DNA of 64,000 nucleotides from Terriglobia bacterium (lineage in GTDB: Bacteria; Acidobacteriota; Terriglobia; Bryobacterales; Bryobacteraceae), in the NCBI GenBank assembly GCA_963796675.1, contig CAWCMS010000020.1:630540-694539 (forward strand), written 5' to 3'. Positions within the stretch are counted from its first letter, which is position 1, and each line of letters opens with the position of its first letter. The notes under the pieces are model-generated. The model worked only from the letters and a program-made list of their open reading frames with translations. It was not told the DNA's origin and made no database searches. The translations under genes and the position numbers were made by a program. Below are positions 47,854 to 56,564 of this stretch, piece after piece.

Positions 47854-49113
47854 TCACTGCGACCCACCGCTATTGGTGCGGACGATAGCGATCACGGACA
47901 GCCCGGGGCGCAATCGCCTGGCCATTGCCTGGCCGCTGTCCAACTTGATTTTCACGGGTATCCGCTGCACGATCCTGGTGAAATTGCCGGTCGCATTGTC
48001 CGGAGGCAATAATGCGAATTGCGAACCGCTGGCAGGAGAGACATTGTCGACCTTGCCGTTGAACACCACCCCGGGAAATGCGTCCACGCGAATTTCGGCG
48101 TGGTCCCCGGAGTGAATATGGCGGACCTGGGTTTCTTTGTAATTGGCCTGCACCCAAACGTCGCTCTGAACGAGCGAGATAACCTGCGTGCCCGGACTGA
48201 CCAGTTGTCCGGGGCGTACCTTGCGTTCGCTGACGATCCCCTTTTCCGGCGCTGTGATTCGCGTATAGCCCAGATTGATTCGTGCCAGCTTGAGGGCAGC
48301 TCTCTTCGCATTCAGATCGGCGCGGAGCAGAAGTTCCTGCGAGTCCAGCACGGCACGCTGGCGCTTCTGCGCTTCGAGTTGGGCTTTGGCACTCCCTAGC
48401 GCAGCGCGCGCTCGGGCCAGATCGGCCTGGCGACTGGTGAACTGTGCGTTGGCCGCATTCAGCTCATCCTCGCGACTGGCTAGCTGTGAGCGAAAGCGCT
48501 CCGCTTCCGCTACCGCCTGCTCTAATTTCTGCCGGGTTGCAGACTCGGTCGCGAAGAGCGCTTCCTGGCGATGCCGCTCTGCCTCTGTTCGCACTACTTC
48601 CGCTTGAGCTCCATTGATTGCGCTGCGCGCATTCGCGATCGCCGATGTCGCAGCCTGAATTCCAGCTTGCGCTGCGGCGATGTCCGCATCTGCGGCTTGG
48701 ATTCCGTGGCCGCCTTGAACGATGCGAGCGTCCTGCAGCTCTTTCTCCCGTTGATTGTTGATGAGAGAGTCTTCGGCTCCAACCACCGCAGCTTCCGCCT
48801 GCTGCACATGCGCCCGGAAATCGTCGTCCTGCAACTGGACGAGTAGATCTCCCGCTTTTACCGGCTGATAGTCGGCAACGCACACCTCGGCCACGAGTCC
48901 GGCTACTTTCGTGCTGAGGGGCGTGAGATCCGCTCGCACGTAAGCATCGTCCGTCTTTTGCACCGGCCGCTCGCTGACCCAGGTATTCCAGTTGCCCGCG
49001 AACAGGAACACAATACCGGCGGCCATGAGCAGAATGATGGACGGTACCAGCCAATGACGGAGATGCGGCGGCCCGGTCGGCCTCTGATTGACGGAACCCG
49101 CGGTGTCAGGCAT
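47854..49113 (-). CDS. emrA: HlyD/EmrA-type membrane fusion protein
   Basis: One N-terminal TM helix, then DDAYVRADLTPLSTKVAGLV, a long coiled-coil, then ...ITAPEKGIVSERKVRPGQLV. Confidence 0.85.
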   Translation of the reverse strand: MPDTAGSVNQRPTGPPHLRHWLVPSIILLMAAGIVFLFAGNWNTWVSERPVQKTDDAYVRADLTPLSTKVAGLVAEVCVADYQPVKAGDLLVQLQDDDFRAHVQQAEAAVVGAEDSLINNQREKELQDARIVQGGHGIQAADADIAAAQAGIQAATSAIANARSAINGAQAEVVRTEAERHRQEALFATESATRQKLEQAVAEAERFRSQLASREDELNAANAQFTSRQADLARARAALGSAKAQLEAQKRQRAVLDSQELLLRADLNAKRAALKLARINLGYTRITAPEKGIVSERKVRPGQLVSPGTQVISLVQSDVWVQANYKETQVRHIHSGDHAEIRVDAFPGVVFNGKVDNVSPASGSQFALLPPDNATGNFTRIVQRIPVKIKLDSGQAMARRLRPGLSVIAIVRTNSGGSQ

Positions 49114-49459
49114 CTCGAGCCCTGCCTGAAACTCTCGATGGACCAGCGCTCCGGGTTCGAGCAGAGCGCTCTGGAGGTGCGAACGTTTGGGCGCGGAGAC
49201 ACAATTCTAAACCCTGCTCGAGGGCGCCGCCAAACACGATGCTCCACACGTCGAATTCAATAAACAAGACTCACCAGCCACGATGAAGCGTCCGCCGCAG
49301 GAGTTGTAGAAACATTTGTCAGGAATTTCCGCTATGGAAGCGTTCGTTTTTCCGCTGTGCCTGCGGAAAAGATGGATCCCTCCTTCACCGGTATTCATCG
49401 GGGACGTACGTCGGATCTGTTGATGGCCACCCTCTCGTTGGTACCAGGGAACTGAGCCG

Positions 49460-49939
49460 ATGCACCTGGTCGGCCAAACCGGTGCAGTGGTCGCTCTGGT
49501 CGCGCTTACACTTTCCATTCAGAGCGCCGGCATGGCTGCGCTCATTCACTGGGTAAGAGCGGACGTTGAAAGAGGCATTCACCGACTCGGCGCCTTCCGC
49601 TCTGGTGTTCTCATGGTGCGGTTCACGAGTGTGATCGTTGGCCTGCATTTGGTGCAGGTCGTACTGTGGGCCGGATTTTATCGCTGGAATTGTCTTCCAT
49701 CCTGGGAAACCGCATTCTACTTCTCGGCCGCCAGTTATTCGACGGTCGGTTATGGAGATCTGCTTCTCCCGCGGATGTGGAGGACGCTGGGCCCAATCGA
49801 GAGCATCACCGGGGTGCTGATGTGCGGACTCTCCGCGGGCTTCCTGTTTTCGATCGTGACCCGGCTGGTTGCGCGTCAGTTCGGTCCGCCGGGAACTACC
49901 GGGGCCAGCTTGAGACCGACTATCCACGCGGACGTGTGA
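49460..49939 (+). CDS. Minimal K+ channel (pore domain only)
   Basis: 159 aa with the selectivity filter SYSTVGYGD between hydrophobic helices. No RCK or other cytoplasmic domain. Confidence 0.8.
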   Translation: MHLVGQTGAVVALVALTLSIQSAGMAALIHWVRADVERGIHRLGAFRSGVLMVRFTSVIVGLHLVQVVLWAGFYRWNCLPSWETAFYFSAASYSTVGYGDLLLPRMWRTLGPIESITGVLMCGLSAGFLFSIVTRLVARQFGPPGTTGASLRPTIHADV

Positions 49940-50012
49940 AAGCGAGCGCTGTGTGAAAGCGAGCCCTGTTGACGGCAACGCTCCCCCTGAGTACAATACC
50001 CCTAACGTCGCT

Positions 50013-50339
50013 ATGCCTAATCATGAAATGCCTTCGGGGGCGTTGATGCTTCTGATCCTTCGCGTCCTGCGAGGCGGACCGCTGCACGGATATGCGATCG
50101 CCCAGCGGATTCACGTGCTTTCGTCCGAGATCCTGCGCGTCGAGGAAGGGGCGCTCTACCCTACGCTGCAGAAGATCCTGCTCCAGGGCTGGGTCACTTC
50201 CGAGTGGGGGATCTCCGATACGAACCGCAAGGTGCGGTATTACCGCCTGACACCGGCCGGGCGCAAGCAGCTGGATGCGCAATTGGCAGCTTACGAACGC
50301 CTGCATCAGGCGATTCAAGCCGTGTTGGCGGACGCCTGA
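50013..50339 (+). CDS. PadR-family transcriptional regulator
   Basis: LILRVLRGGPLHGYAIAQRI....EEGALYPTLQKILLQGWV...RYYRLTPAGRKQL. The start could be at 50013 or 50028. Confidence 0.85.
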   Translation: MPNHEMPSGALMLLILRVLRGGPLHGYAIAQRIHVLSSEILRVEEGALYPTLQKILLQGWVTSEWGISDTNRKVRYYRLTPAGRKQLDAQLAAYERLHQAIQAVLADA

Positions 50340-50349
50340 AGGAATCGCG

Positions 50350-52905
50350 ATGTCTGAAATTTTACGACGCCTCCAGTATCTACTCCATCGCCGCCGGCTC
50401 GATCGCGAGCTTGCCGAAGACATGGCATTCCACCAGGAGATGGCCGCCCGCGAAGGCCGCTCGAATTTCGGCAATGCGCTCCGGCTACGCGAGGAGGCGC
50501 GCGAAGCGTGGGGCTGGATGTGGATCGAGCGTCTCTCCCAGGACGTTCGCTACGCCGCCCGTACGCTACGCAAAGCTCCCGGCTTCACGATCTCCGCGGT
50601 ATTGATGCTGGCGATCGGGATCGGGGTGAATGTCGCGGTGTTCGGGTTCTTCAATTTGATGTTCCTGCGGCCGATCAGCGTCCGCGAGCCGGGCAGCCTG
50701 CTGCGTTTCCACCGCCGGAACCTGACGCAATATGCCTTCGCGCTGCCGTATCCGGAAGCGGCCTTTTTTCGCGAGCATTCCCGGACTCTCTCAGCGGTCA
50801 TCGGTGTGAACACCACGGAGGTTTTTTTCGAAGGCGAGGACAAGCCGGTCGATGGCAAGTTTGTGACCGCCAACTTTTTCCGCGAGCTCGGCGGCGCGTC
50901 GAGCATGGGGAGGATGCTTGACCCAGCGATCGACGAGGCGCCCGATGCCGCGCCCGCCGTCGTTTTGGGCCATTATTTCTGGGAACGCCATTTCGGCTCG
51001 GATGCGTCGGTGGTGGGCAAGACCGTGCGGATCAACGACCGGCCGGCAACCGTGGTGGGTGTGGGCGCTGCCGGTTTCAGCGGTGTGGCATCGGGCTTGA
51101 AAGAGCCGGCCTTCTGGGCGCCGATCACGCAGCAACCCTATTTCAACAACGGCAGCAAACTGCTCACGGACCTCTCGGTAGAGAGCCCCGGGGTCTCGTT
51201 ATGGGGACGCCTGGGGCCGGGCCAGAGTCCAAAGGCCGCCGAGGAGGAATTACGATCGCTCGCGGCCCAACTTCGCCGCCAATATCCTGCCGCCATCTGG
51301 GAAGACGAGCGGCTGGCCAGCGAGTCCGGCAGATACGCGACGGCGATGATCGCGGGCAACCGCCACGGCACGGGATCCGAGGCACGCGATCCCGTCTTTC
51401 CGGTGTTTGCGTTAGGGGGAATCTTGACGCTGCTGATTCTCGCGGTGGCCTGCGGCAATCTGGGCAGCATGCTGCTGGCGCGCGGCGTGGCCCGGCAGCG
51501 GGAGATCGCCATTCGCGTCGCCATCGGCGCCGGAAACGCACGCCTCATTCGGCAGCTATTTACCGAAAGTCTGCTGCTGGCTCTGATCGGCGCTGCGGCG
51601 GGCCTGGCGTTGGGCTTCTTCGTCCTCCGCAGCCTTCTGGCATTTACCGGCGCACCGGCGTGGCTCGACCCCTCGCCGGATTGGCGAGTGGCCGGCTTTG
51701 CATTCGCCACAGGCATTGCCTCCGCGGTTCTGTTCGGACTGACTCCGGCTCTGCAGATTGGCCGCCAGCGCCACCGCGCTCTGATCGCCCGCCAGATTCT
51801 GATCGGAGTTCAGGTGGCCGCGAGTTGCGTATTGCTGATCGTCACGGGGCTGCTGGCGCGGGCCCTGAATTATGCCGCTTCCAGTTCCCCGGGGTTCGAG
51901 TACAAACCGGTCATTTCTATTTCTCCGGGGCTCGCGAAGAACGGTTACTCGCCAGCCCGGTCGCGGGCGTATCTCGACACGTTACAGGAGCGCCTTCGCG
52001 CGCTGCCGGGTGTTCAATCGGTCGCCCTGGCGTTGAGCCCTCCGCTGGGGCGCGTCACGATCAGCGCCGGGAGCGATATCAACGGGCACCACGTGGAATT
52101 TCAAATCAATCATGTGAGCTCCGGTTTTTTCCAGACGATGAGCATCCCGATCCTGCGCGGCCGCTCACTGCGGCCAAACGAGCGGCACGTAGCCGTCATC
52201 AGCGAAGCGATGGCCCGCATTGTCTGGCCCGGAGAAGATCCTTTGGGGAAGAGCTTCGCGTTGGGCGATGAGTTTACGGTGGCAGGAATCGCGGGAAACA
52301 TCCGCGCCGTCAAGTTTGGCGCCACCGATACCGTCCATGCCTATTTCCCGATTGAAGACGGGGACCCTCCCTCGCTCTCCGTGCTGGTGAAGACCCACGG
52401 CGCACCGCAGGAACTCGCCAGAGCCGCCGCCATGGCGGCAAGGCGCCTGGACCCCAACGTTTTTCCCACGGTGGAATTGTTGAACAGCGCGTACGAGAAC
52501 AACCTCGACGGCGCGGAGTACAGCACTTTGGCCGTCAGCGCCCTGGGCTCGATCGCGCAGCTTCTGGCCTGTTTTGGAATTATCGGAGTGGTGTCCTACG
52601 CCGTTTCGCAGCGCACCAAGGAGATCGGCATTCGAGTGGCCCTGGGCGCGAAGCCTGCGCAGGTTTTATTGGTGGTGCTGCGGCATCTCTCAGTCCCGGT
52701 GATTGCCGGCCTGATCGTCGGAGTCGCGGGTGCAGCCGGGGTGTCGCAATTTTTGCGCGGGAGGCTGTACGGCATCAGCAATCTCGATCCGGCGGCGTAT
52801 ATGGCAGCCGTCGCACTTTTCGTGATCACGGTCGCGATCGCCGCGATCCTGCCGGCGCGGAAGGCGCTGCGCATCGACCCATTGCGGGCACTTCGGCATG
52901 AGTAG
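50350..52905 (+). CDS. ADOP-family duplicated MacB/FtsX-type permease (no adjacent ATPase)
   Basis: ATG at 50350. MSEILRRLQYLLHRRRLDRELAEDMAFH...QDVRYAARTLRKAPGFT is the hallmark N-terminus. Two FtsX-like 4-TM halves follow. Paired with PadR, as is usual for this family. Confidence 0.85.
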   Translation: MSEILRRLQYLLHRRRLDRELAEDMAFHQEMAAREGRSNFGNALRLREEAREAWGWMWIERLSQDVRYAARTLRKAPGFTISAVLMLAIGIGVNVAVFGFFNLMFLRPISVREPGSLLRFHRRNLTQYAFALPYPEAAFFREHSRTLSAVIGVNTTEVFFEGEDKPVDGKFVTANFFRELGGASSMGRMLDPAIDEAPDAAPAVVLGHYFWERHFGSDASVVGKTVRINDRPATVVGVGAAGFSGVASGLKEPAFWAPITQQPYFNNGSKLLTDLSVESPGVSLWGRLGPGQSPKAAEEELRSLAAQLRRQYPAAIWEDERLASESGRYATAMIAGNRHGTGSEARDPVFPVFALGGILTLLILAVACGNLGSMLLARGVARQREIAIRVAIGAGNARLIRQLFTESLLLALIGAAAGLALGFFVLRSLLAFTGAPAWLDPSPDWRVAGFAFATGIASAVLFGLTPALQIGRQRHRALIARQILIGVQVAASCVLLIVTGLLARALNYAASSSPGFEYKPVISISPGLAKNGYSPARSRAYLDTLQERLRALPGVQSVALALSPPLGRVTISAGSDINGHHVEFQINHVSSGFFQTMSIPILRGRSLRPNERHVAVISEAMARIVWPGEDPLGKSFALGDEFTVAGIAGNIRAVKFGATDTVHAYFPIEDGDPPSLSVLVKTHGAPQELARAAAMAARRLDPNVFPTVELLNSAYENNLDGAEYSTLAVSALGSIAQLLACFGIIGVVSYAVSQRTKEIGIRVALGAKPAQVLLVVLRHLSVPVIAGLIVGVAGAAGVSQFLRGRLYGISNLDPAAYMAAVALFVITVAIAAILPARKALRIDPLRALRHE

Positions 52906-52907
52906 AG

Positions 52908-52927
52908 GCCGGACGCAAAGGTCCGGC
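52908..52927. terminator. Hairpin between the convergent ADOP permease and ppk1 genes
   Basis: GCCGGAC-gcaaag-GTCCGGC, a 7-bp stem. Confidence 0.35.
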
Positions 52928-52933
52928 GCGAAC

Positions 52934-55078
52934 TTACCACATCAGGCGGGGGAGGCGGCGGGGAGCGTGAGAAAGGAGCGTGTCCTGGCTATTATGGGGA
53001 CGCTCGCCGGCGCGGCGGGTGGCGCGTTTGTAAGTGCCATCGGGCATCATGCGGCGGGCTTTCACGTTATCCACCAGGTAAGTCGCCAGGATTTCGTCGC
53101 GGATGCGGAGGCGAATCTCCGGGTCTTCGATGGGGAAGAGTAGCTCGACGCGGCGGTTCAGGTTTCGAGGCATGATATCGGCGCTGCCGATGTAGATCTC
53201 CTCATTGCCGCCATTGCGGAAATAGAAGATGCGGCTATGCTCGAGGAAGCGGCCCACGATGCTGGTGACCTTGATGTTTTCGCTGATGCCGCGGACACCC
53301 GGCCGCAGGCAGCAGGCGCCGCGCACCAGCAGGTCGATCTTCACACCGGCGCGTGATGCGCGGTAGAGCACGCGGATCATCTCGGGATCGACCAGGGCAT
53401 TCATTTTGAATACCAGGTGGCCTTTGCCCTCGGCTTCGTGCTTCTTGATTTCGCGCTTGACGAGGGCCTCGAAACGCTCGCGCAGGTTGACGGGCGCCAC
53501 CAGGAGCTTGCCGTAATCCTTCTTGGCGGAGTAGCCGGTGAGGAAGTTAAAAAGGTCGATGGTGTCGGCGGCCAGTCCGGAATTGGCGGTAAAGAGACCG
53601 AGATCGGTGTAGAGGTGCGACGTCACGGAGTTGTAATTGCCCGTGGCGAGGTGCAGATAGGGGCGGATGGCGTTGCCTTCGCGCCGCAGCACCATGGCGG
53701 CCTTGCAGTGGATCTTGAGGCCGAGCAGACCATAAACCACGTGCACGCCGGCGCGTTCCAGCGCCTTGGCCCATTCGATATTGCTCTCTTCGTCGAAGCG
53801 AGCCTTCAGCTCCATGAGGACGGCAACCTGTTTGCCTTCTTCGATGGCTTCGAGGAGGGCTTCGACTACAGGCGAGTTCCGTCCGACCCGATAGAGCACC
53901 ATCTTGATGGCGAGGACATCAGGATCGCGCGCGGCCTGCCGCAGGAAATCGACCACGGGCTGAAACGATTGGAAGGGATGGTGCAAAAGCACGTCGCGGG
54001 AGCGGATGATGCTGAAGAGGTCTTCGTCTTCGGAAGTAGGCTGGAGCTCGGGCGGGGTGGCGGAAACGAAGGGCGGATACTTGAGGTCGGGCCGGTCAAG
54101 CTGCGCGGCGGCCGCGAGGCGGCTCATGCCGAGGAGGCCCTTTTCGCGGTAAACGTCGCCGGGCTCGAGCTCCAGGTTGGTCATCAGGATCTGGAGGATG
54201 TGCTGCGGCATCTGCTGGTTGACCTGCAGGCGCACGACGCTGCCGAACTTGCGCTGGCGCACGCCCTCTTCGATCGTTTCGAGCAGATCTTCGGCTTCCA
54301 GCTCCTTGATGGCGATATCGGCGTCGCGGGTGATGTGGAAGGGATGCGATTCGACCACCTGCATGCCGGGGAAGAGCGCATCGAGATTGGCGGCGATGAC
54401 CTGCTCGATCCAGACGTAGGATTCGCTACGGTGCGAGTTGCGGTTGCGCGAAGATTTGCGCGGCCGGGTCAGCGGCACGAGCGCGGGCAGCGAATCGGGC
54501 ACCTTGACGCGGGCAAAGCGCTCGGCACCGTTGGCGTCGCGGATGGAAACGGCGAGGTTCAGGCTGAGATTGGAGATGTGGGGGAAGGGGCGGCCGGGGT
54601 CAAAGGCGAGCGGCGTGAGGACCGGGAAGATGATCTCGGAGAAGTAGCGTTTGCAGACGGCGAGCTGCTTGGCGGTGAGCTCGGAATGTTCGATGATGCG
54701 GATGCCCTCGGCGGCAAGGGCGGGCTTGAGCTCCACTTCGAGGCACTGTTGGGCGGCGTCACGCAGTCGTTTGACTTCACGGCGGATGGCGACGAGCTGG
54801 GCGGAAGGGCTCATGCGGTCGGGACCGAATTCGGGGATGCCGGCGTCGAGCTGGGCCTTGAGGCTGGCGACGCGGACCATGAAGAACTCATCGAGGTTGG
54901 AGCCGACGATGGAGAGGAAGCGGACACGTTCGAGCAGGGGGTTGCTGGGGTCGCGCGCCTCTTCGAGCACGCGCAATTGAAAGTTGAGGAGCGCCAACTC
55001 GCGATTTACGTAAAGGTGCGGATCCTCGAGATCGACGCGGGAATCCGCCGGGAGGGTAGCGCCTGCCGGTTCAGCCAT
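52934..55078 (-). CDS. ppk1: Polyphosphate kinase 1
   Basis: 714 aa, containing YVNRELALLNFQLRVLEEA..PLLERVRFLSIVGSNLDEFFMVRV and HLATGNYN. Confidence 0.95.
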   Translation of the reverse strand: MAEPAGATLPADSRVDLEDPHLYVNRELALLNFQLRVLEEARDPSNPLLERVRFLSIVGSNLDEFFMVRVASLKAQLDAGIPEFGPDRMSPSAQLVAIRREVKRLRDAAQQCLEVELKPALAAEGIRIIEHSELTAKQLAVCKRYFSEIIFPVLTPLAFDPGRPFPHISNLSLNLAVSIRDANGAERFARVKVPDSLPALVPLTRPRKSSRNRNSHRSESYVWIEQVIAANLDALFPGMQVVESHPFHITRDADIAIKELEAEDLLETIEEGVRQRKFGSVVRLQVNQQMPQHILQILMTNLELEPGDVYREKGLLGMSRLAAAAQLDRPDLKYPPFVSATPPELQPTSEDEDLFSIIRSRDVLLHHPFQSFQPVVDFLRQAARDPDVLAIKMVLYRVGRNSPVVEALLEAIEEGKQVAVLMELKARFDEESNIEWAKALERAGVHVVYGLLGLKIHCKAAMVLRREGNAIRPYLHLATGNYNSVTSHLYTDLGLFTANSGLAADTIDLFNFLTGYSAKKDYGKLLVAPVNLRERFEALVKREIKKHEAEGKGHLVFKMNALVDPEMIRVLYRASRAGVKIDLLVRGACCLRPGVRGISENIKVTSIVGRFLEHSRIFYFRNGGNEEIYIGSADIMPRNLNRRVELLFPIEDPEIRLRIRDEILATYLVDNVKARRMMPDGTYKRATRRAGERPHNSQDTLLSHAPRRLPRLMW

Positions 55079-55157
55079 CCTCTACCAGACTAAACCAGAA
55101 ATGGGATGAATTCCCGGAAGGTTGGTTCGACTTTTCGGCGGGTGATGGCGTCTTACA

Positions 55158-55937
55158 ATGAAGGAAATGTTACGAACGACCTTGGCAGCGCTCGTGTGCA
55201 CGGCGGCGCTGGCGCAAAACGCGAGCGAGATCTTCAACAAGCCGCCGGAGAAAGTGGACCAGGCGCTGCGGGCGCGGATTACCGAGTTTTACCAGGACCA
55301 CGTTGCCGGCAAGTTCCGCGAAGCGGAGAGCATGGTGGCGGAGGACACCAAGGACTTCTTCTATAACACCAACAAGCCGCGCTACCTGGGCTTCTCCATT
55401 GAGAAAATCGAGTACTCGGACAACTTCACCAAAGCGAAAGCCACGCTGCTGTGCGAGCAAAGGGTGATGTTCCCCGGGTTTGCCGATAAACCGTTCAAGA
55501 TTCCCACGCCGAGCACTTGGAAGCTGGTCAATGGGCAGTGGTTTTGGTATGTGGATCCGGAATCGATACGGCAGAGCCCGTTCGGGAAGATGACGCCGGG
55601 CACTGCTCCGTCAGCGGGGCCGCTGCCTGCGCCCGGGGCGATTCCGGATAGCTCGACGTTCATCATGCACCAGGTGAAGCCGGAAACCCAGGCGGTGCAA
55701 CTGGCACCGGGGGAGTCGAAAGAAATCGCGATTGCGAACACGGCGCCGGGTCCGATGACCGTGCTCATTTCCAGTAGGCCGCCAGGGGTGGAGGCGAGCC
55801 TTTCACAGGCGGATGTGAGTGCCCAGGGTAAGACGACATTGACGCTGAAGGCCGGGGAACATGCGAAGTCCGGTACCCTCAGCGTCACGGTGATGCAGAC
55901 GCGGGAAGTGATCCCGATTCGGGTCACGATCCAGTAG
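55158..55937 (+). CDS. Secreted hypothetical protein (NTF2-like N-terminal half, Ig-like C-terminal half)
   Basis: Signal peptide MKEMLRTTLAALVCTAALAQ. The domain guesses come from sequence pattern only. Confidence 0.55.
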   Translation: MKEMLRTTLAALVCTAALAQNASEIFNKPPEKVDQALRARITEFYQDHVAGKFREAESMVAEDTKDFFYNTNKPRYLGFSIEKIEYSDNFTKAKATLLCEQRVMFPGFADKPFKIPTPSTWKLVNGQWFWYVDPESIRQSPFGKMTPGTAPSAGPLPAPGAIPDSSTFIMHQVKPETQAVQLAPGESKEIAIANTAPGPMTVLISSRPPGVEASLSQADVSAQGKTTLTLKAGEHAKSGTLSVTVMQTREVIPIRVTIQ

Positions 55938-55961
55938 GGGAAACCCGCTCTGTGCGGGGGG

Positions 55962-56414
55962 TCAGGCGACTTTCGCGTAGTAGTAGGCCACGCCGAACGG
56001 CGTCGGGCTGGCCTGTTTCTGCCAGCGGATTCCGGTGGAATCCACGGTAATGAAGCCCACGGGAAGGTTGTCGCCTGCGGGAACGTTGCGGATATTGTCG
56101 GGTTCGGGCAGCACCGGGGGGACGTACGGCGGAGGCACGGTGGGGATGGCCGGCATGTCACAAACGGGCGAAGTGCCCATCTGCGGGTAGGCGAAGCCAT
56201 CGGAGCCGATCGCAACGACGTAGCCGATGGGCGGCTTCGGCGGGTCGCCGGCAGGGCGGCCGGCCAACAGAGTGATGGTCCAATCGTTGAACGCCGAAAG
56301 GTAGTTGCTCTTGAGGTTGGAGTTGAGCAGCGCGACCTGGGCGGTGGTGCTCTCCAGGACGTTGGCTTCCGCCGTAGCCAGGCTGGTGGATGTGAAGTCG
56401 ATTAGGGTACTCAT
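55962..56414 (-). CDS. Hypothetical 150-aa protein with a Pro-rich centre
   Basis: ATG at 56414 preceded by GGTGAGGAG. No signal peptide and no recognisable motif. Confidence 0.45.
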   Translation of the reverse strand: MSTLIDFTSTSLATAEANVLESTTAQVALLNSNLKSNYLSAFNDWTITLLAGRPAGDPPKPPIGYVVAIGSDGFAYPQMGTSPVCDMPAIPTVPPPYVPPVLPEPDNIRNVPAGDNLPVGFITVDSTGIRWQKQASPTPFGVAYYYAKVA

Positions 56415-56521
56415 GATCTCCTCACCTACAGAGTAGGAGCGCGGAGCGCGCCGACCGCCGGGGCGGCGCGGCAATCGACTGATACCAAAGCGGAAATTTT
56501 GTGGAAAGTAGTGTGACTGAG

Positions 56522-56560
56522 ATGGCGCAGGCAGATGAAGCCTGCGCCATTTTGCTTTTT
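56522..56560 (+). terminator. Canonical intrinsic terminator, best formed on the plus strand
   Basis: ATGGCGCAGGC-agatgaa-GCCTGCGCCAT followed by TTTGCTTTTT. It lies 5 nt beyond the pruA stop on the other strand, where it is preceded by an A-tract, so it may act bidirectionally. Confidence 0.6.
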
Positions 56561-56564
56561 CGGA

